A stretch of 64,000 bases of DNA from Octopus vulgaris (taxonomy: Eukaryota), in the NCBI GenBank assembly GCA_951406725.2, contig OX597817.1, positions 51,336,001 through 51,400,000 on the forward strand, written 5' to 3'. Of the stretch, positions 1-14,162 are shown piece by piece. The translations under genes and the position numbers were made by a program. Within the stretch, counting starts at the first letter, position 1. Every line of letters starts with the position of its first letter. The notes under the pieces are model-generated. The model ran no database searches, was not told where the DNA came from, and saw only the letters and a program-made list of their open reading frames with translations.

Positions 1-1328
1 TAATCTTGCTTTGAATCTTTCTCGTTTTCACTTAGCAATGTAAAATTGAAGATGATCATATAAATATTCATAAAGCGTTACGCTGGGAGATCTGTTGTTC
101 TACTTATTGTTTACACTAATTGCATTTTATTGCCTGAAACGCCACGAAACGTAATCAAAAATTTGATATTCTATATCACACATACCATTTATTCACTGTA
201 CAATTTCGATAATTAAAAATTGGTATAATTACATTTAAAGATATCTGCATATTATTAGAAATATTAGTACATTCTTTTCATTGGTAATAGTTTAAATCTT
301 TTGTAAAAGATTACATAACGGTTGAATAATTCACAAAATTTGATTACTTAGTATTTCAGTAAGTTTCATATAGCAATTACAAGGATGGTGAGATGACAAA
401 ATCTTTAGCACGCTAAGCAAAAACGATTAGCGGGTCTTCTCCTGTCTTTACGTTCTGAGATCAAATTTCGCTGTGGTCAACTTTGCTTTTAACTATAAAT
501 TCCAGCAGATCAATGCCTTGTGAGTAAATTTGGTAGACGAAAGCTGAATAAAGTCAGTCTTATGTGTCTGTGTGTGTGTGTTTGTTTGTGTCTGTATTTC
601 TATCTCTCTTTATTGATATATACATATATATACATATATAGATAGAGAAATGGATGGATCTAGACACCAGACGCACAAACGCATGTTTGTGTATGTGTGG
701 GTTTTTGTATGTGTGTGTGTGTGTGGGTCTATGTGTGTGTGTGAATAGTCATATATAAAAGTGTGCTGAGAAGGGAACTAACAGATTAACACCGACTGAT
801 TCACTAGAGTTGAAGACATCAACTTTGTCCTGTATACAGGCCCAGTTCTTTCCTCTTCCCTCTTCACTTTTATTTAATTTTACGCATTTGTATTAACTCT
901 GATGAAGCTCCATTTACTGGATCGAATGTGTCATGAAGATGACAAATTTTCGGAATGTCTTTCGTAAGCAACAAGCAGCATTGCAAGCGGAAACGACCGT
1001 AAGAAATGTTACGTCATGTTTTGTATTAAAAAATAATCAACCGATGTTGGTCAATTTGTTTGTTGATCAAAACTTCTCCATATTCTGATTATTTAAATTT
1101 GATTCCTGATAAACTTTTGCTAGCTAATTCTGTTGTTACCTGTACCCTATGAGCATAGTGTGCCTATATATATATATGCAAATGCATCACATGTATATAG
1201 CTTGCTGTCATTTGCGATTTACGTAATGTGAGGAACGGCCACAAATCGATACAATTTCAGTGATAGAATCCGTAAAAACAGTAGGGTAAAAAGTAATGTA
1301 GACAATAAGCAAAAGAAAACTACATGGA

Positions 1329-1413
<85 letters not shown>

Positions 1414-1416
<3 letters not shown>

Positions 1417-1535
1417 CGACGGGGTGTTCCTGGTGTTGGGTAAAAGAAAATACATGAGGATCTGTTAAGTATGATTTTATTCAACATATTCCTCTCTGAG
1501 ATTCGCACGTTTATTGCAGTGGTCCATCAACTTTT
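1414..1535 (-). mobile_element. mariner-family DNA transposon 3' end remnant
   Basis: Minus strand reads KLMDHCNKRANLREEYVE*, a degenerate form of the mariner C-terminus (KL..RW.KC....G.YVE). It is followed by a TIR-like end, TACGACGGGGTG on plus, next to TA. Confidence 0.55.
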
Positions 1536-1711
1536 AAAACACTTTTCTCATAATTTTTCCAAAATTTAATTGTTTTCCATACTTACAGTTGAAAAAGTCT
1601 CAATGACTGAAACGGGTACTGAAATGTTTTTTATAAAATTATTTTAGCATTTTCTATCTTGACGTTTTTTCTATATATATATATATCAACTCGAGTGTTC
1701 CTTTTCAAACT

Positions 1712-1786
<75 letters not shown>

Positions 1787-1907
1787 ATAGTATATTTTAT
1801 ATACACACCTGCAGACACACATCCACAAATCAATAATAATAAAAAAAAAAACAGAATACAAAACAAGTAAAATGAATTAGGCGAACATAGGTAATATATC
1901 AGACCAA

Positions 1908-1938
<31 letters not shown>

Positions 1939-1940
1939 GA

Positions 1941-1944
<4 letters not shown>

Positions 1945-1976
<32 letters not shown>

Positions 1977-2080
1977 TGTATGCATGCATAGATACATACA
2001 TACATACATACATACATACATACATACATACATACATACATACATACATACATACATACATACATACATACATACATACA
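1945..2080. repeat. (TATG)n / (TACA)n inverted tetranucleotide microsatellite pair
   Basis: Read directly from the sequence; explains the MYVC/HTYI ORFs. Confidence 0.95.
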
Positions 2081-2716
2081 TGAGACAGACAGAGAGAAAG
2101 AATGAGAAAATTTATTGGAAGATTTTAGGTCAGATAAGTTTGTTGCGGATATGCAGATATACCTTCCTATGTATATTGATTGTTACTTAGCAAGTACGCT
2201 AGTGCCTCCTCAAAGCAATAAAACAGTTCTAGATGGCTTCAAAGATGTTACAAGGAAAACACTTTCACACTTGGGAACGCAAGAATGTATCAGTTGGCAA
2301 GTTTGTGAAATGAAATAGAATAGGTGTGTGGAATATATACCAGAATACATACAATTTATACATTGTATGAAAAATTATACAATTATGTTAAAAACATAAC
2401 TGACGTTCTAAAATCGAAAAATATCGGTTGTGTTTTAAAGAACTATCTCTGCAGTTTATTAGTTTCAAATTTGGCACAAGACCAGCAATTTCAGGGGAGG
2501 GGTAAATCAATTACATTGACGTCGGTGCTCAGCTGGTCATAATTTTATCGAACCGGAAAAGATGAAAAGCAAATCGACCTCGGCAGAGTTTGAACTCCGA
2601 AAGTAAAGACGTAATTCCGCTAACCATTTTTGCAGGAGTGCTAACGATTTTGCCATCTCGACGTCATAGATCAACATTTCTTGTGTTTTTTTAAATATTT
2701 TTTTATACACTACATC

Positions 2717-2952
2717 TACAGGGTGCATTAGAAATGTTGTCCCTATTTCAAATATTAATAAAAACACAAACACATGAAGATAAAAGAAGAAAGGATGCTT
2801 TGTACTCAAGACCATGGTGGATAGTAAATGAAGCAGGAAATAAAATGGCATTTAATGAACATCATAGACATATGAATTTGTTTCATGCATCTTCGAGTAT
2901 TTGTTTGTTTATTAGTCTTTGAAATCTCGCCTACATTTCTGTCGCAGCCTAT
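2717..2952. mobile_element. degenerate Tc1/mariner-type MITE
   Basis: ~65-bp imperfect terminal inverted repeats (TACAGGGTGCATTAGAAATGT... versus rc TATAGGCTGCGACAGAAATGT...), with TA at both ends. Confidence 0.55.
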
Positions 2953-3126
2953 ACAAAGAGATTTTTCTCAGGACTTAACACCTCAACATCTGGCGTTTAA
3001 ACAATACACGTACGTTAAGCATATGGTATTGGTAACGTTCACACGCTTTTATTCAACAGTATCTCCCTGGTAAAATGTATATTGTTAGATTAAAGATTTC
3101 AAGACACGATTAATGTTAGGTGTGCA

Positions 3127-3345
3127 TAGGCGCGGCAGTGACTATCTGGTAAGAAACTTGCTTCCCAACCACATGGTTCTAGGTTCAGTTCCTCTGCGCC
3201 CTTCTTAGTCAAGGTTCTTCTACTGTGGCTCCGGGACAAACAAAACCTTGTGAGTGGATTTGGTAGACGGAAACTGAAAGAAGCCCGTCGTATATATATA
3301 TATATATAAATATATATATATATGTATATATGTGTGTGTGTGTGA

Positions 3346-3382
<37 letters not shown>

Positions 3383-3391
3383 GTGTGTGAA

Positions 3392-3439
<48 letters not shown>

Positions 3440-3648
3440 GTATGTATGTATTGTGTGTATGGGTTTCTCTCCCCACCATCGTTTTACAACCGATGTTAGC
3501 GGTTCGGCAATAGAAACTGAAAGAATAAGTACTAGTCTTAAATAGAATAATTCCCGGCGGCGGTTGGGGGTCAATTTGTTCGACTAAAAGGCGGTGCTCC
3601 AGCATGGCCAAATTCAAATGGCTGAAACAAGTAAAAGAAACAGAATAA
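3127..3648 (+). mobile_element. SINE family C (tRNA-like head, internal TA/TG microsatellite, AAAAGAGT-type tail)
   Basis: Shares the 5' half (...GTGAGTGGATTTGGTAGACGGAAACTGAAAGAAGCCCGTCG) and the 3' half (...GGCGGTGCTCCAGCATGGCC...GAAACAAGTAAAAGA) with many other copies in the window. Confidence 0.85.
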
Positions 3649-3876
3649 ATACAAACCATTTTAAACTTTTAAGCCAGTCGATTTTATTGCTGTTCATGAA
3701 AACCTTTGAGTTATAATTGCTGTTGGAACTAGTTATAGCAACAAAAATAGAGTTCGCTTACTGCATTATCATATTAAAGCCTGTAATTTTTTTAAAATCA
3801 TTGACTGTGGTTATTCCTGCTGAAATCATAGCCAGAACTGGTTATTTTGCAGTGTTTACTTATAAAAACATTTAAT

Positions 3877-4258
3877 GGAAGCACTCCGTCGGTTACGACG
3901 ACGAGGGTTCCGGTTGATCCGATCAACGGAACAGCCTGCTCGTGAAATTAACGTGTAAGTGGCTGAGCACTCCACAGACACGTGTACCCTTAACGTAAGT
4001 TCTTGGGGATATTCAGCGTGACACAGAGAGTGACAAGGCCGGCCCTTTCAAATACAGGTACAACAGAAACAGGAAGTAAGAGTGAGAGAAAGTTGTGGTG
4101 AAAGAGTACAGCAGGCATCACCACCATCCCCTGCCGGAGCCTCGTGGAGCTTTAGGTGTTTTCGCTCAATAAACACTCACAACGCCCGGTCTGGGAATCG
4201 AAACCGCGATCCTATGACCGCGAGTCTGCTGCCCTAACCACTGGGCCATTGCGCCTCC
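3877..4258 (-). mobile_element. tRNA-derived SINE family A, long form (octopus OR1/OR2-like)
   Basis: tRNA head with A box TGGCCCAGTGG and B box GGTTTCGATTCC; 13-bp TSD AAAAACATTTAAT at 3864-3876 and 4259-4271. The family name comes from recall. Confidence 0.9.
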
Positions 4259-4519
4259 AAAAACATTTAATAGGTATATTGCGGTTGCATAACCATGTAA
4301 CACGTGCCTACAAGTAATTAATGTTTGAAGAATACCTAGAAATAGATATTTGTATGAAGTTTAAGAAGCCACTGGCAGGATAAAACAGAATATTTAGGTT
4401 AAGTGCTGGATGTTGCCATGAAATAGTTTGTTAACGTGTTTTGACGTTTAGTAACCCGTGTAGTGTAGTTTTTCTGTGAAATCAGAAGAGCAGTATAATA
4501 ACGATTGCTTCGGAAGAAG

Positions 4520-4968
4520 GAGTAGTAGAAGAAGAAGAAGAAGAAGAAGAAGAAGAAGAAGAAGAAGAAGAAGAAGGAAGAGGAGGAGGCGAAGAAGAAT
4601 GAGGAGGAGGAGGAGGAGGAGATGAAGAAGAAGGAGGAGGAGATGAAGAAGAAGGAGGAGGAGGAGGAGGAGGAGAAGAAGAAGAATGAGGAGGAGGAGG
4701 AGATGAAGGAGAAGATGAAGGTGGGGAGGAGGAGGCGAAGAAGAATGAGGAGGAGGAGGATGAGGAGATGAAGGAGAAGATGAAGGAGGAGGAGGAGGAG
4801 GAGGATGCGAAGAAGAATGAGGAGGAGGAGGATGCGAAGAAGAATGAGGAGGAGGAGGAGGAGATAAAGGAGAAGAAGAAGAAGAAGAAGAAGAAGAAGA
4901 AGAAGAAGAAGAAGAAGAAGAAGATAGATAGAGAGAAGAAGAAAGAGGAGGAGGAGAAGAAGAAGAAA
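4520..4968. repeat. (GAA)n/(GAG)n purine-rich compound microsatellite
   Basis: Read directly; source of the E/K-rich ORF 4768-5124. Confidence 0.95.
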
Positions 4969-5387
4969 ATATTCCTAATGCAGTACCAGCCGCTGGCTCT
5001 CAGAGCTTTTCATTTTGACTGTTTGGAAGTGTTATTATGTACATTGTTTTATCTTGGTATAACATATGAGCCTCAGCAAATATCATTCTGGTCAATACCA
5101 CAGATTTGCTTGTCAGTTGTTTGACCATAATCAGTTGAGCATATCCCTTGGTGGCTGACGAAATGTACGTCTCTGATCTCGAGTAGAGGTAGTGGGGGAA
5201 CATCATAGCCATTTATTGAGAACAATTCTTTGGAGTTTGAATAATTCATTTCTGGAAACATGGGAGTTTCGTTCAACAACCCTTATTCAGGGACCATTTG
5301 AGCGAGATGTGCTACTCAACTTGAAGAAAATTCTAATTGGGCCTCAGCATAGTCGACCCGGCAGAATTTTAACTCAAGAAGCTGAGA

Positions 5388-5622
5388 CTTATTTCTTTAC
5401 TACCCACAAGGGGCTAAACACAAAGGGGACAAAGAAGGACAGACAAACGGATTAAGTCGATTATATCGACCCCAGTGCGTAACTGGTACTTATTTAATCG
5501 ACCCCGAAAGGATGAAAGGCAATAATCGACCTCAGGGGAATTTGAGCACAGAACGTAGCGGCAGACGAAATACCGCTAACCATTTAGCTCGGCGTACTAA
5601 CGATTAAACCAGCTCACCGCCT
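5388..5622 (-). mobile_element. SINE family B (Nin-domain-like core)
   Basis: Contains the rc of GCCTTTCATCCTTTCGGGGTCGAT..AAGTACCAG, shared with more than 10 copies in the window. Confidence 0.8.
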
Positions 5623-6271
5623 GGAGTAAGTAATAATAATAATAAGATTAATCAAAGCCATAATTTTGGGTTTGCTCACAAAACGCCTAAATCTTGCTGA
5701 CAGATGCTCGTCTATATTTGCTAAAAGCAAAAAAGAAAAAAAAAGAAGAAAAAAGCCATCCCTAACAACAGTTTTGCATCAGACTCTATAAGAAACGAGT
5801 AATGTCAGATATTACGCAACGCCAAATAATGGAGAGACATGCTGAAGTGCTGTACACTCTATGAAGCAACGTTTAATATAACATGATGGAATATTAGAGA
5901 AATGTAATGCAATGTCATGTTGAGTTAAATCATATATAATAATATTTGTCTTGACTTCGTTATTTTCATCTTATCTGCGCTGAATAACTTTCACTTTAAA
6001 ATTTCCTTTTATTAGAATTTTAGATCTTCCATTCATTATAATATTACAATGAATATTCGAGGAATTTAATAGTACTTTCTGTTGCAATTGTCAATTAAGT
6101 AAAAGCACCATGTAAGAGAGAACGTGTTGCATTACCATGTCTTGGCGGAAAGGAAATTTGCAACGTTTTCCAGAAGTTTCCATTAAGTATGCCTCTACCG
6201 AAACGCAGATTCCATAAAGCAAAATGTAGAGTCAACCACTATGTTCTACTGTACTCTTGCATCTGTTATTC

Positions 6272-6670
6272 AAGGCGGCGAGCTGGCAGAATCGTTAGCA
6301 CGCGAGGCGAAATGCGTAGCCGTAATTCGTCTGCCGTTATGTTCTGAGTTCAAATTCCGCCGAGGTCGAAATTGCCTTTCATCCTTTCGGGGTCGATAAA
6401 TTAAGGACCAGTTATGCACTGGAGTCGATATAATCGACTTGATCCGTGTGTCTGTCCTTGTTTGTCCCCTCTGTGTTTAGCTCCTTATAGGTAGTAATGT
6501 AACTGGTATTTCGTATGTCTTTATGTTCGGAGTTAAAATTACGCCGAGGTCGACTTTGCCTTTCATCCTTTCGGGGTCGATAAATTAAATACCAGTTGCA
6601 TACTGAGGTCGATATAATCGACTGGTCCCTCCCACCAAATTTCGTGCCATGTGCCTAGAGTAGAAAAGAT
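6272..6670 (+). mobile_element. SINE family B, dimeric form
   Basis: Head AGGCGGCGAGCTGGCAGAATCGTTAGC...GAGTTCAAATTCC followed by two tandem core units. Confidence 0.85.
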
Positions 6671-7029
6671 TATTTTATAACTATATTTCTTTACTTGTTT
6701 TATTCACTGGATTGCATCAATGTTGGAGCACCGTCTTGCAAGACATAGTCGAATTAATCGACCCCAGTACTTCTTTTCAAAATTCTGGTACATATTTATC
6801 GGACTCAGTTGACGAACCGCTATGTAACGGGAACCCAAGTAAACCGAAACTGGGTGTTAAGCCGAATTGGGGAAATAAACGTGCACGCAAAAACAAACAC
6901 GTGAATATACACACGCACGCGCAGATACACAGACACACACACACACACATACGGTGGTGCTCCAACATCACCGCGGTTGCATGGGTGAAACGAAAAATAA
7001 CATGTGTGTATGTGTGTGTTAGAAGGGCT

Positions 7030-7248
7030 GTATTCTTTCACCACAACTTTATCTCACCCTTTCTTCCTGTTTCTGCTGTACCTGTATTTAAAAGGGCCAA
7101 CCTTTTTACGTTGAATTTCCCCGAGAACTACGTTAAGGGTTCACCTGTCTGTGGAGTGCTCAGTCACTCACACGTTAATTTCACGAGCAGGCTGTTCCGT
7201 TGATTGGATCAACTGGAACCCTCATCGTCGCAACCAACGAAATCCCAC
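7030..7248 (+). mobile_element. SINE family A body fragment
   Basis: Matches the rc of the 3' part of 3877-4258 (GGAGTGCTCAG...TTCACGAGCAGGCTGTTCCGTTGAT). Confidence 0.75.
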
Positions 7249-7624
7249 GATATTCCACTACTGTTGTTCATATTATTTCTTACTATTTATTGCGTTGTAC
7301 TTTTTACCAAGAATTAGTAACTTTTATTGCCACTAATTTTGATATGAATTTACGGTTTGAAGTATATTTTCTCAATTGTCATTTCTTTGCTATCTAAATA
7401 TTTGTCATTAGCGTTGTTGATTTATTGTTGGCAAGAACTTTATGCCTTTAAACCATATGTTTTAGTATATATTATTCTTTGTTCAATAACTACTGGAATT
7501 ATAATGGGAATAAAAATAAAAGAAGACAAAATAAAGAGGAGGTGAAGTGGGCGGAGAAGCAGGAGCCGAATAAGTATTATGTGTGAGAGCTGTAGAGATT
7601 AACTTACCAAATTTCAGATGAATA

Positions 7625-7780
7625 CATACATCATATATATGTACACAAACACATATACAAATACATATACATACATGCAAACGTACACACATACACACAC
7701 ACAGATACACAGATACACACACACAGATACACACACACATACACAGATACACACACACAGATACACACACATACACACAA

Positions 7781-7811
<31 letters not shown>

Positions 7812-8013
7812 TATGCATATATATATACACACATATATGCATATATATATATATACACACATATATATGCATATATATACACACACATATATGCATATAT
7901 ATATATATATATACACACATATATGCATATATATATATATATACACACATATATGCATATATATATATACACATATATATATGCATATATATATACACAT
8001 ATATATATATGCA

Positions 8014-8070
<57 letters not shown>

Positions 8071-8180
8071 GTATGTATGCATGCATGTATGAATGAAGTA
8101 TAAGGAAAGGAACAATCGTAGAAGACGAACTTTAATTCATAACCCAGGTTGGTACAGAACTAATATACATTCACTCTTTC

Positions 8181-8250
<70 letters not shown>
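7625..8250. repeat. compound (CA)/(TA)/(TATG) microsatellite
   Basis: Read directly. Confidence 0.95.
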
Positions 8251-8253
<3 letters not shown>

Positions 8254-8837
8254 TTTAAAATAGGGTAAAAAATTGAATATTTATTTGATTACTATCAATT
8301 TAAAACCAGTGGTCTAGCATATAGATAAATATGAAGATTCAGAAAAATTATATTACATACATATATGATTAATCTGTATATTTTTTACCTTTTCATTTGT
8401 CTTGCTCGCTTAATTACCAGCTATCACCACGGTGTATAACATTATTGTAAAGCGCCAATATGATACACCATGAACAAGAGTGAATATATGATAATGTTTT
8501 CGTCTATGAGAGGACCTTCAATCAGATAATGTTGAAGGAGCTAGCAAGGCAACCCCCTACGAGAAAGAAGTGAGGATATAAGGGATTTTAGTTCCCGAGA
8601 GAAAGGGCTAGGCGCAGTTATGTTAGTGATGTTTCAAGTGGGGCAGGATGCAACAAAGGTGGTGGAGATGAGGACAGACCGAGGTGGTCGGGATTACTTG
8701 AGCGGCAACAGCATTGGTTCAATCATCTCCAAGGATTAAGAGCGACAGAAAAGTCAGGAGAAAGGGAACAGCACTTCCGTGGGTCACATGGTGGTGCGTA
8801 GTTATCAATAACTTTAATGTTAAATATAACAAATAAC

Positions 8838-9122
8838 GTGGAGGCGCAATGGCCCAGCGGTTAGGACAGCGGACTCGCGGTCGTATATCGCGGTTTCGAT
8901 TCTCAAGCCGGGCGTTGTGAGTGTTTATTGAGCGAAAACACCAAAAGCTCCACGAGGCTCCTGCAGGGGTTGGTGGCGACCCCTGTTGCACTCTTTCGTC
9001 ACAACTTTCTCTCACTCTTTCTTCTGTTGGCCGGCTCACTTTTTTTGGCCGGCTAAAACAATGCGAAGCGCATTGTGACCAGCGATGTGTAGCAACATCT
9101 GATAGCCTGGTCAATCACGGTG
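8838..9122 (+). mobile_element. tRNA-derived SINE family A, short form with an alternative 3' tail
   Basis: Same tRNA head as 3877-4258 but a different tail (GCATTGTGACCAGCGATGTGT...TGGTC..TCACG.TGA); 12-bp TSD ATAACAAATAAC at 8826-8837 and 9123-9134. Confidence 0.9.
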
Positions 9123-10168
9123 ATAACAAATAACCTTTTTATAAATTATCCAGTCTCATTTAATTAGTATTAGAGCCTAGAAGTTATTTTACAATTAGAA
9201 AGTAAACATGTGCAATTAAATAAAATTGTCTTTACTTGCTCGAAGCATTGTGTTGCATAAGTAAAGGAACAAAAGAGAAAAGACAGAGAGATCCTTACGA
9301 TCCGGAAAAGAAGATGCTTAGGACGTTTTATGTATTTCAGGCACAACAACCAACATGGCTGGATCTGTACAGACGAACATGGCTTCACTGTTTCCTTTTG
9401 TGCCTGAAGCGTATAAAGGTTTTTATATTGTTTCCCTCATCGCTTCGTAAGAAACCTTGTCCTCTTTATTTTGCTGTCTTACGTATGTAACTAAATAACA
9501 TCGTGTTATCCATTACAAATATTATACTAAGCAGTTATCGGAAGCATAGTCACAAGATCATACATTTTCTCGCAGGACGTAAGCGATTTCATTGTTATTG
9601 GGTTTGATTACATAATAATCAATAAAGGCAACTTCTCAAAATGCCCAATCCGTATTTTTCATTCAGGTTTACATGGAAGAATAATATTAAGCAACAACAA
9701 AATATGTGCCGTGGAATTTTAATATACAGCGTACAACATGATCGTAAGGTATTTCATTCTTTTATGCCCGTTAGTCTCTCGACAATAGATAAAGAAAGTG
9801 TCTGCATCTTTTGAAAGATTGTTTGACTATTATGAAGCTAAGTTGAAAATCTTATTTACATAATTTCTGTTTGCAATATCAAGTGATTTATATTTGAAGA
9901 AGTTTTGATCGTGTGGAAATACTGGAATGATATGAATCCATTTGATTAAACTGCTGCCATTCGTATATACTTCATTGTAATGCGAAACACTTGTGAGAAT
10001 TATGCAAACCTTTCATTACACGTCGAGTGACAAATATAAAAGATGTCTTCAGCAATTCCCAGTTCATGTTGTAAAGTAAAAAGAATTACTATAACGCATC
10101 CGATTATGATCATATAAAGCTAACTTTTATAGCACTTCTTTTATTAAAAGCAAAGAGGATGAGTTCAT

Positions 10169-10569
10169 ATCTATTTCTTTACTGCCCACAAGGGTCTAAA
10201 CACGGAGGAGACAAACAAGGACAGACAAACGGATTAGGTCGATTATATCGACCCCAGTGCGTAACTGGTACTTATTTAAACGACCCCGAAAGGATGAAAG
10301 GCAAAGTCGACCTGGGCGGAATTTGAACTCAGAACGTAACGGCAGACGAAATACCTATTTCTTTACTACCCACAAGGGGCTAAACACAGAGGAGACAAAC
10401 AAGGACGGACAAACGGATTAAGTCGATTATATCGACCCCAGTGCGTAACTGGTACTTAATTTATCGACTCCGAAAGGATGAAAGGCAAAGTCGACCTCGG
10501 CGGAATTTGAACTCAGAACGTAACGCATTTCGCCCGGTGTGTTAACGTTTCTGCCAGCTCGCCGCCTTA
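10169..10569 (-). mobile_element. SINE family B, dimeric form
   Basis: Two tandem units; TSD GATGAGTTCATA at 10157-10168 and 10570-10581. Confidence 0.9.
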
Positions 10570-12088
10570 GATGAGTTCATACGGAGACAGGGTGGACAGC
10601 ATTTTCATCATTTCTAGACCGATAATTATGCTTCAGTATGAATAATAAGATGAAACAAAAGAAAGCGATGGTGTCTTCCTTGTCCCAAGTCTTGAACGAA
10701 ATGCAAATTAGTAATTCCATTTGTCTGATTCTACTCGATTTGATGTAAGCTGATTAGCTACTTGTGTCTCTGGTATTGCACAAGGAGACACCTCCAATGA
10801 GAACCCAATTAGGTTCGAAAATTGATTTAGGCTCTTCACTCTTTTTCTTTTCAAGCTACGGAGAAATAATCAAATTTGCCATGTTTGTACGTCTCGTACG
10901 TACATTTACATATATTACATCATACCTCGATACTCTCTCTACTGAGATGGCCGCTGATATTAAATAAATGAAACACTTTCGGTACGGAAATTAGTTACCC
11001 AAGTTCTGTGAGGTTACTGGATTTGTTAAGTGTATAAACAGATTAGTCACTTGTTTCTTTGGGATTGGTCGAGTAATATACAAGAATGCAATTAAGTTCC
11101 AAAATCGATTAAGGCTGTTCATAATTTGTTTTTTAATCTTCGGAGAAATAGTGAAATCTGCCAAGCCTGTATGCCTACGAAGTAGGACTGCATATACGCT
11201 AGGTGAAACATCCGTTGAAACTGTTTTATGTGAGTTTACGGCAAACGATGCCGTGGTGTGTAGGAGAACTTACACATCACTGACTTGAAACATCAGCATC
11301 GTCTCAGCGAATAGGAGTCCCGGTTTCGAGTTCCACAGATGGCTACATGGCATAGGAGTTGTTGCTTAGCAACAAGACGAGTAATGGTGATTAGGTGATG
11401 GTCTAGGGCTTAGGAGCCGGAGAGCCCAGACCTTGGGAAAAATAAACTTTGGTCGCCTTATTGTAGTCGAGGGCACTTCGTTGACGCCCGACACCACTGG
11501 GAGGTGGCCCTCGAAGTCGCTAGAAATGGAGATCTCTAGGTCCAAATTCTTGAACGGCTGGCATAGGAGTTGTGAGGGAGTGTGATTTTTATTTATTTAT
11601 TCATTTTCGGTGGATCGTGCAGTATTGGAATCGATAGTCTAGACAAAAATAACTATCTCTCAACACCATAGTCAATTACGATACGTATACATACATAAAT
11701 ATATTGTATTAAGAGAAAATATCTTGTTTTTGTACTCCGTTCAACCCATACTTCTCTTGAGCATCTCCACTTTTAATGGGTGTGAGTTATGCTAACGTTA
11801 GTCTTCTACGATTCTACTTGTATATTTGATTGGTTGTCAGCAAAGCAGATTTAGTTTTGTTCGTCAACCACTTCTGTACTATACGGAGAACCATAATGAC
11901 GCTTAAGAATATATTTTATTTCTAAGCCAGTTCTTCTTGCACTTACAATACATTTTTATCACTTGTATAGCTTTATTTCTATAATCATTATTATATTAGC
12001 CTTCAGTTACATTAGTAATAAATACAAATAAATATATTCGTTCAATGATAGTTTTTCTGTTTATCGTGTTTTAAGATAATTCTTATAA

Positions 12089-12156
<68 letters not shown>

Positions 12157-12219
12157 GTATGTATGTATTTTCATATATGTATATGCATATATATATGTGT
12201 ATATATGTATATGCATATG

Positions 12220-12257
<38 letters not shown>

Positions 12258-12335
12258 TATACCTGTAGCTATATATTCACTCACATAATCTTCTTGTGTA
12301 ACTTTGCTTATTAAGTACTTCCATATATTTTCTCT

Positions 12336-12676
12336 GTGGAGGCGCAATGTCCCAGTGGTTAGGGCAGCGGACTCGCGGTTGCAGGATCGCGTTTTCGATT
12401 CCCAGACCGGGCGTTGTGAGAGTTTATTGGCCCAAAACACCTAAAGCTCCACGAGACTCCAGCAGAGGGTGGTGGCGAGCTCTGCTGTATTCTTTCGCCA
12501 AAACTTTCTCTCCAGCCTTGTCACACTCTGTGTCAAGCCGAATCTCCCCCGAGAACTACATTAGGGGCACACGACTCAGTGGAATTCTCAGCATCTTACA
12601 CGTTAAGTTCCTGAGCAGGCTGTTCCGTTGGTGGGATCAACTGGAGCCCTCGTGTCGTAACCGACGGAGTGACACG
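12336..12676 (+). mobile_element. SINE family A, long form
   Basis: tRNA head plus body; TSD ATTTTCTCTGT at 12327-12337 and 12677-12687. Confidence 0.85.
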
Positions 12677-12862
12677 ATTTTCTCTGTATAAAGGTAAACA
12701 CATACATCCATAATGACACCCCCATACACACTCACACACACATATATAAATATATACACATTGGTACTTATGCGATTTCTACTCATAGTTCTACACCCTC
12801 ATTGTATGCAATATTTTTATATACAAAGCCCAGATGTAATAAGAACTATGTGTTTACACTTT

Positions 12863-13074
12863 CTGTTCTACTATAGGCACAAGGCCTGAAATTTTGGGAA
12901 AGGAGGCTAGTCGATTACATCGATCCCATTGCTTGAGTGGTATATATTTTACCGACCCCCGAAGGATAAATGATGAAGTTGACCCCGGCGGAATTTGAAC
13001 GCAAAACGGAAAGCGGAAGAAATGCCACGAAACGTATTGTTCGGCTTACTAACTATTCTACCAGTCCACCGCCT
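12863..13074 (-). mobile_element. SINE family B, diverged
   Basis: Similar by eye to 18992-19202 and 40594-40800. Confidence 0.65.
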
Positions 13075-13197
13075 TGTGTATCTATACACTAAGATAACGA
13101 CCAGACTATCTGCTACTGTTATACATCGCTGGTTACAATGCATTTCACGTCTAAATGTTTTAAAATCTAAACTACCTTGGGTTTTTTATCTCATTAC

Positions 13198-13237
<40 letters not shown>

Positions 13238-13241
<4 letters not shown>

Positions 13242-13397
13242 ATAGTTTACCAAAAAAAACAAAAGACGAAGACAGGTGGTGCAGAAAACAAACAGATGTA
13301 TTAGTATAACGCTCAGAAATAGAAATAATATTTTACGTTTCGAGCCTACCCTCCTTTACAGAAAGGGACACAGAAAAAACAAGGAGAGTAAAAAACA
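13238..13397 (-). mobile_element. (TA)n-flanked short PLE pseudo-LTR-like element with a degenerate hammerhead
   Basis: Homologous to 48246-48400 and 54410-54600; minus strand reads CTTTCTGTAAAGGAGGGTAGGCTCGAAACGTAAAA. Confidence 0.55.
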
Positions 13398-13437
13398 TAT
13401 ATATATATATATGGGGGGGTATAATGTATATTATACA

Positions 13438-13855
13438 CTTTACTCTTTTACTTGTTTCAGTCATTTGACTGCGGCCATGATGGAGCACCGCCTTTTTTTA
13501 GTCGAGCAAATCGACCCCGGGACTTACTCTCTGCAAGCCCAGTACTTATTCTATCGGTCTCTTTTGCCGAACCGCCAAGCGACGGGGACGTAAACACACC
13601 AGCATCTGTTGTCAAGCAATGCTAGGGGGACAAACACAGACACACAAACACACACACACACATACATATATATATATACATACATTTATACGACAGGCTT
13701 CTTTCAGTTTCCGTCTACCAAATCCACTCACAAGGCATTGGTCGGCCAAGGGCTATAGCAGAAGACACTTGCTCAAAATGCCACGCAGTGGGACTGAACC
13801 CGGAACCATGTGGTTGGTTAGCAAGCTACCTACCACACAGCCACTCCTGCGCCTA
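13438..13855 (-). mobile_element. SINE family C, full length
   Basis: Both conserved halves plus an internal microsatellite; close to 19557-19978. Confidence 0.9.
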
Positions 13856-13857
13856 TA

Positions 13858-13911
<54 letters not shown>

Positions 13912-14123
13912 ATATATAAATATATATATAATACATTATACACACACACATATGTATATATATGAGTGAATGGACAAACGTGACGAAGTGACATTCAGCA
14001 CATTTGAGAGGAGTCATGTATCTTATATAATAATAGTTTGATTCGTCTCTATGTAACTTAGGTTCGTAGGTATCTCAAATTCCTATTAAATGATATATAA
14101 ATATATGCGTCTGTGTAAGTGAG

Positions 14124-14162
<39 letters not shown>

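Noticed and set aside
4768-5124. E/K-rich ORF
   Set aside because: A GAA/GAG microsatellite running into repeat sequence.
9341-9750. Possible small plus-strand exons (MAGSVQTNMASLFP..., FTWKNNIKQQQ...)
   Set aside because: Splice-like sites are common in AT-rich DNA; no homology or consistent gene model.
3877-12676. tRNA-like sequences with A and B boxes
   Set aside because: They are SINE heads with bodies and TSDs, not standalone tRNA genes.
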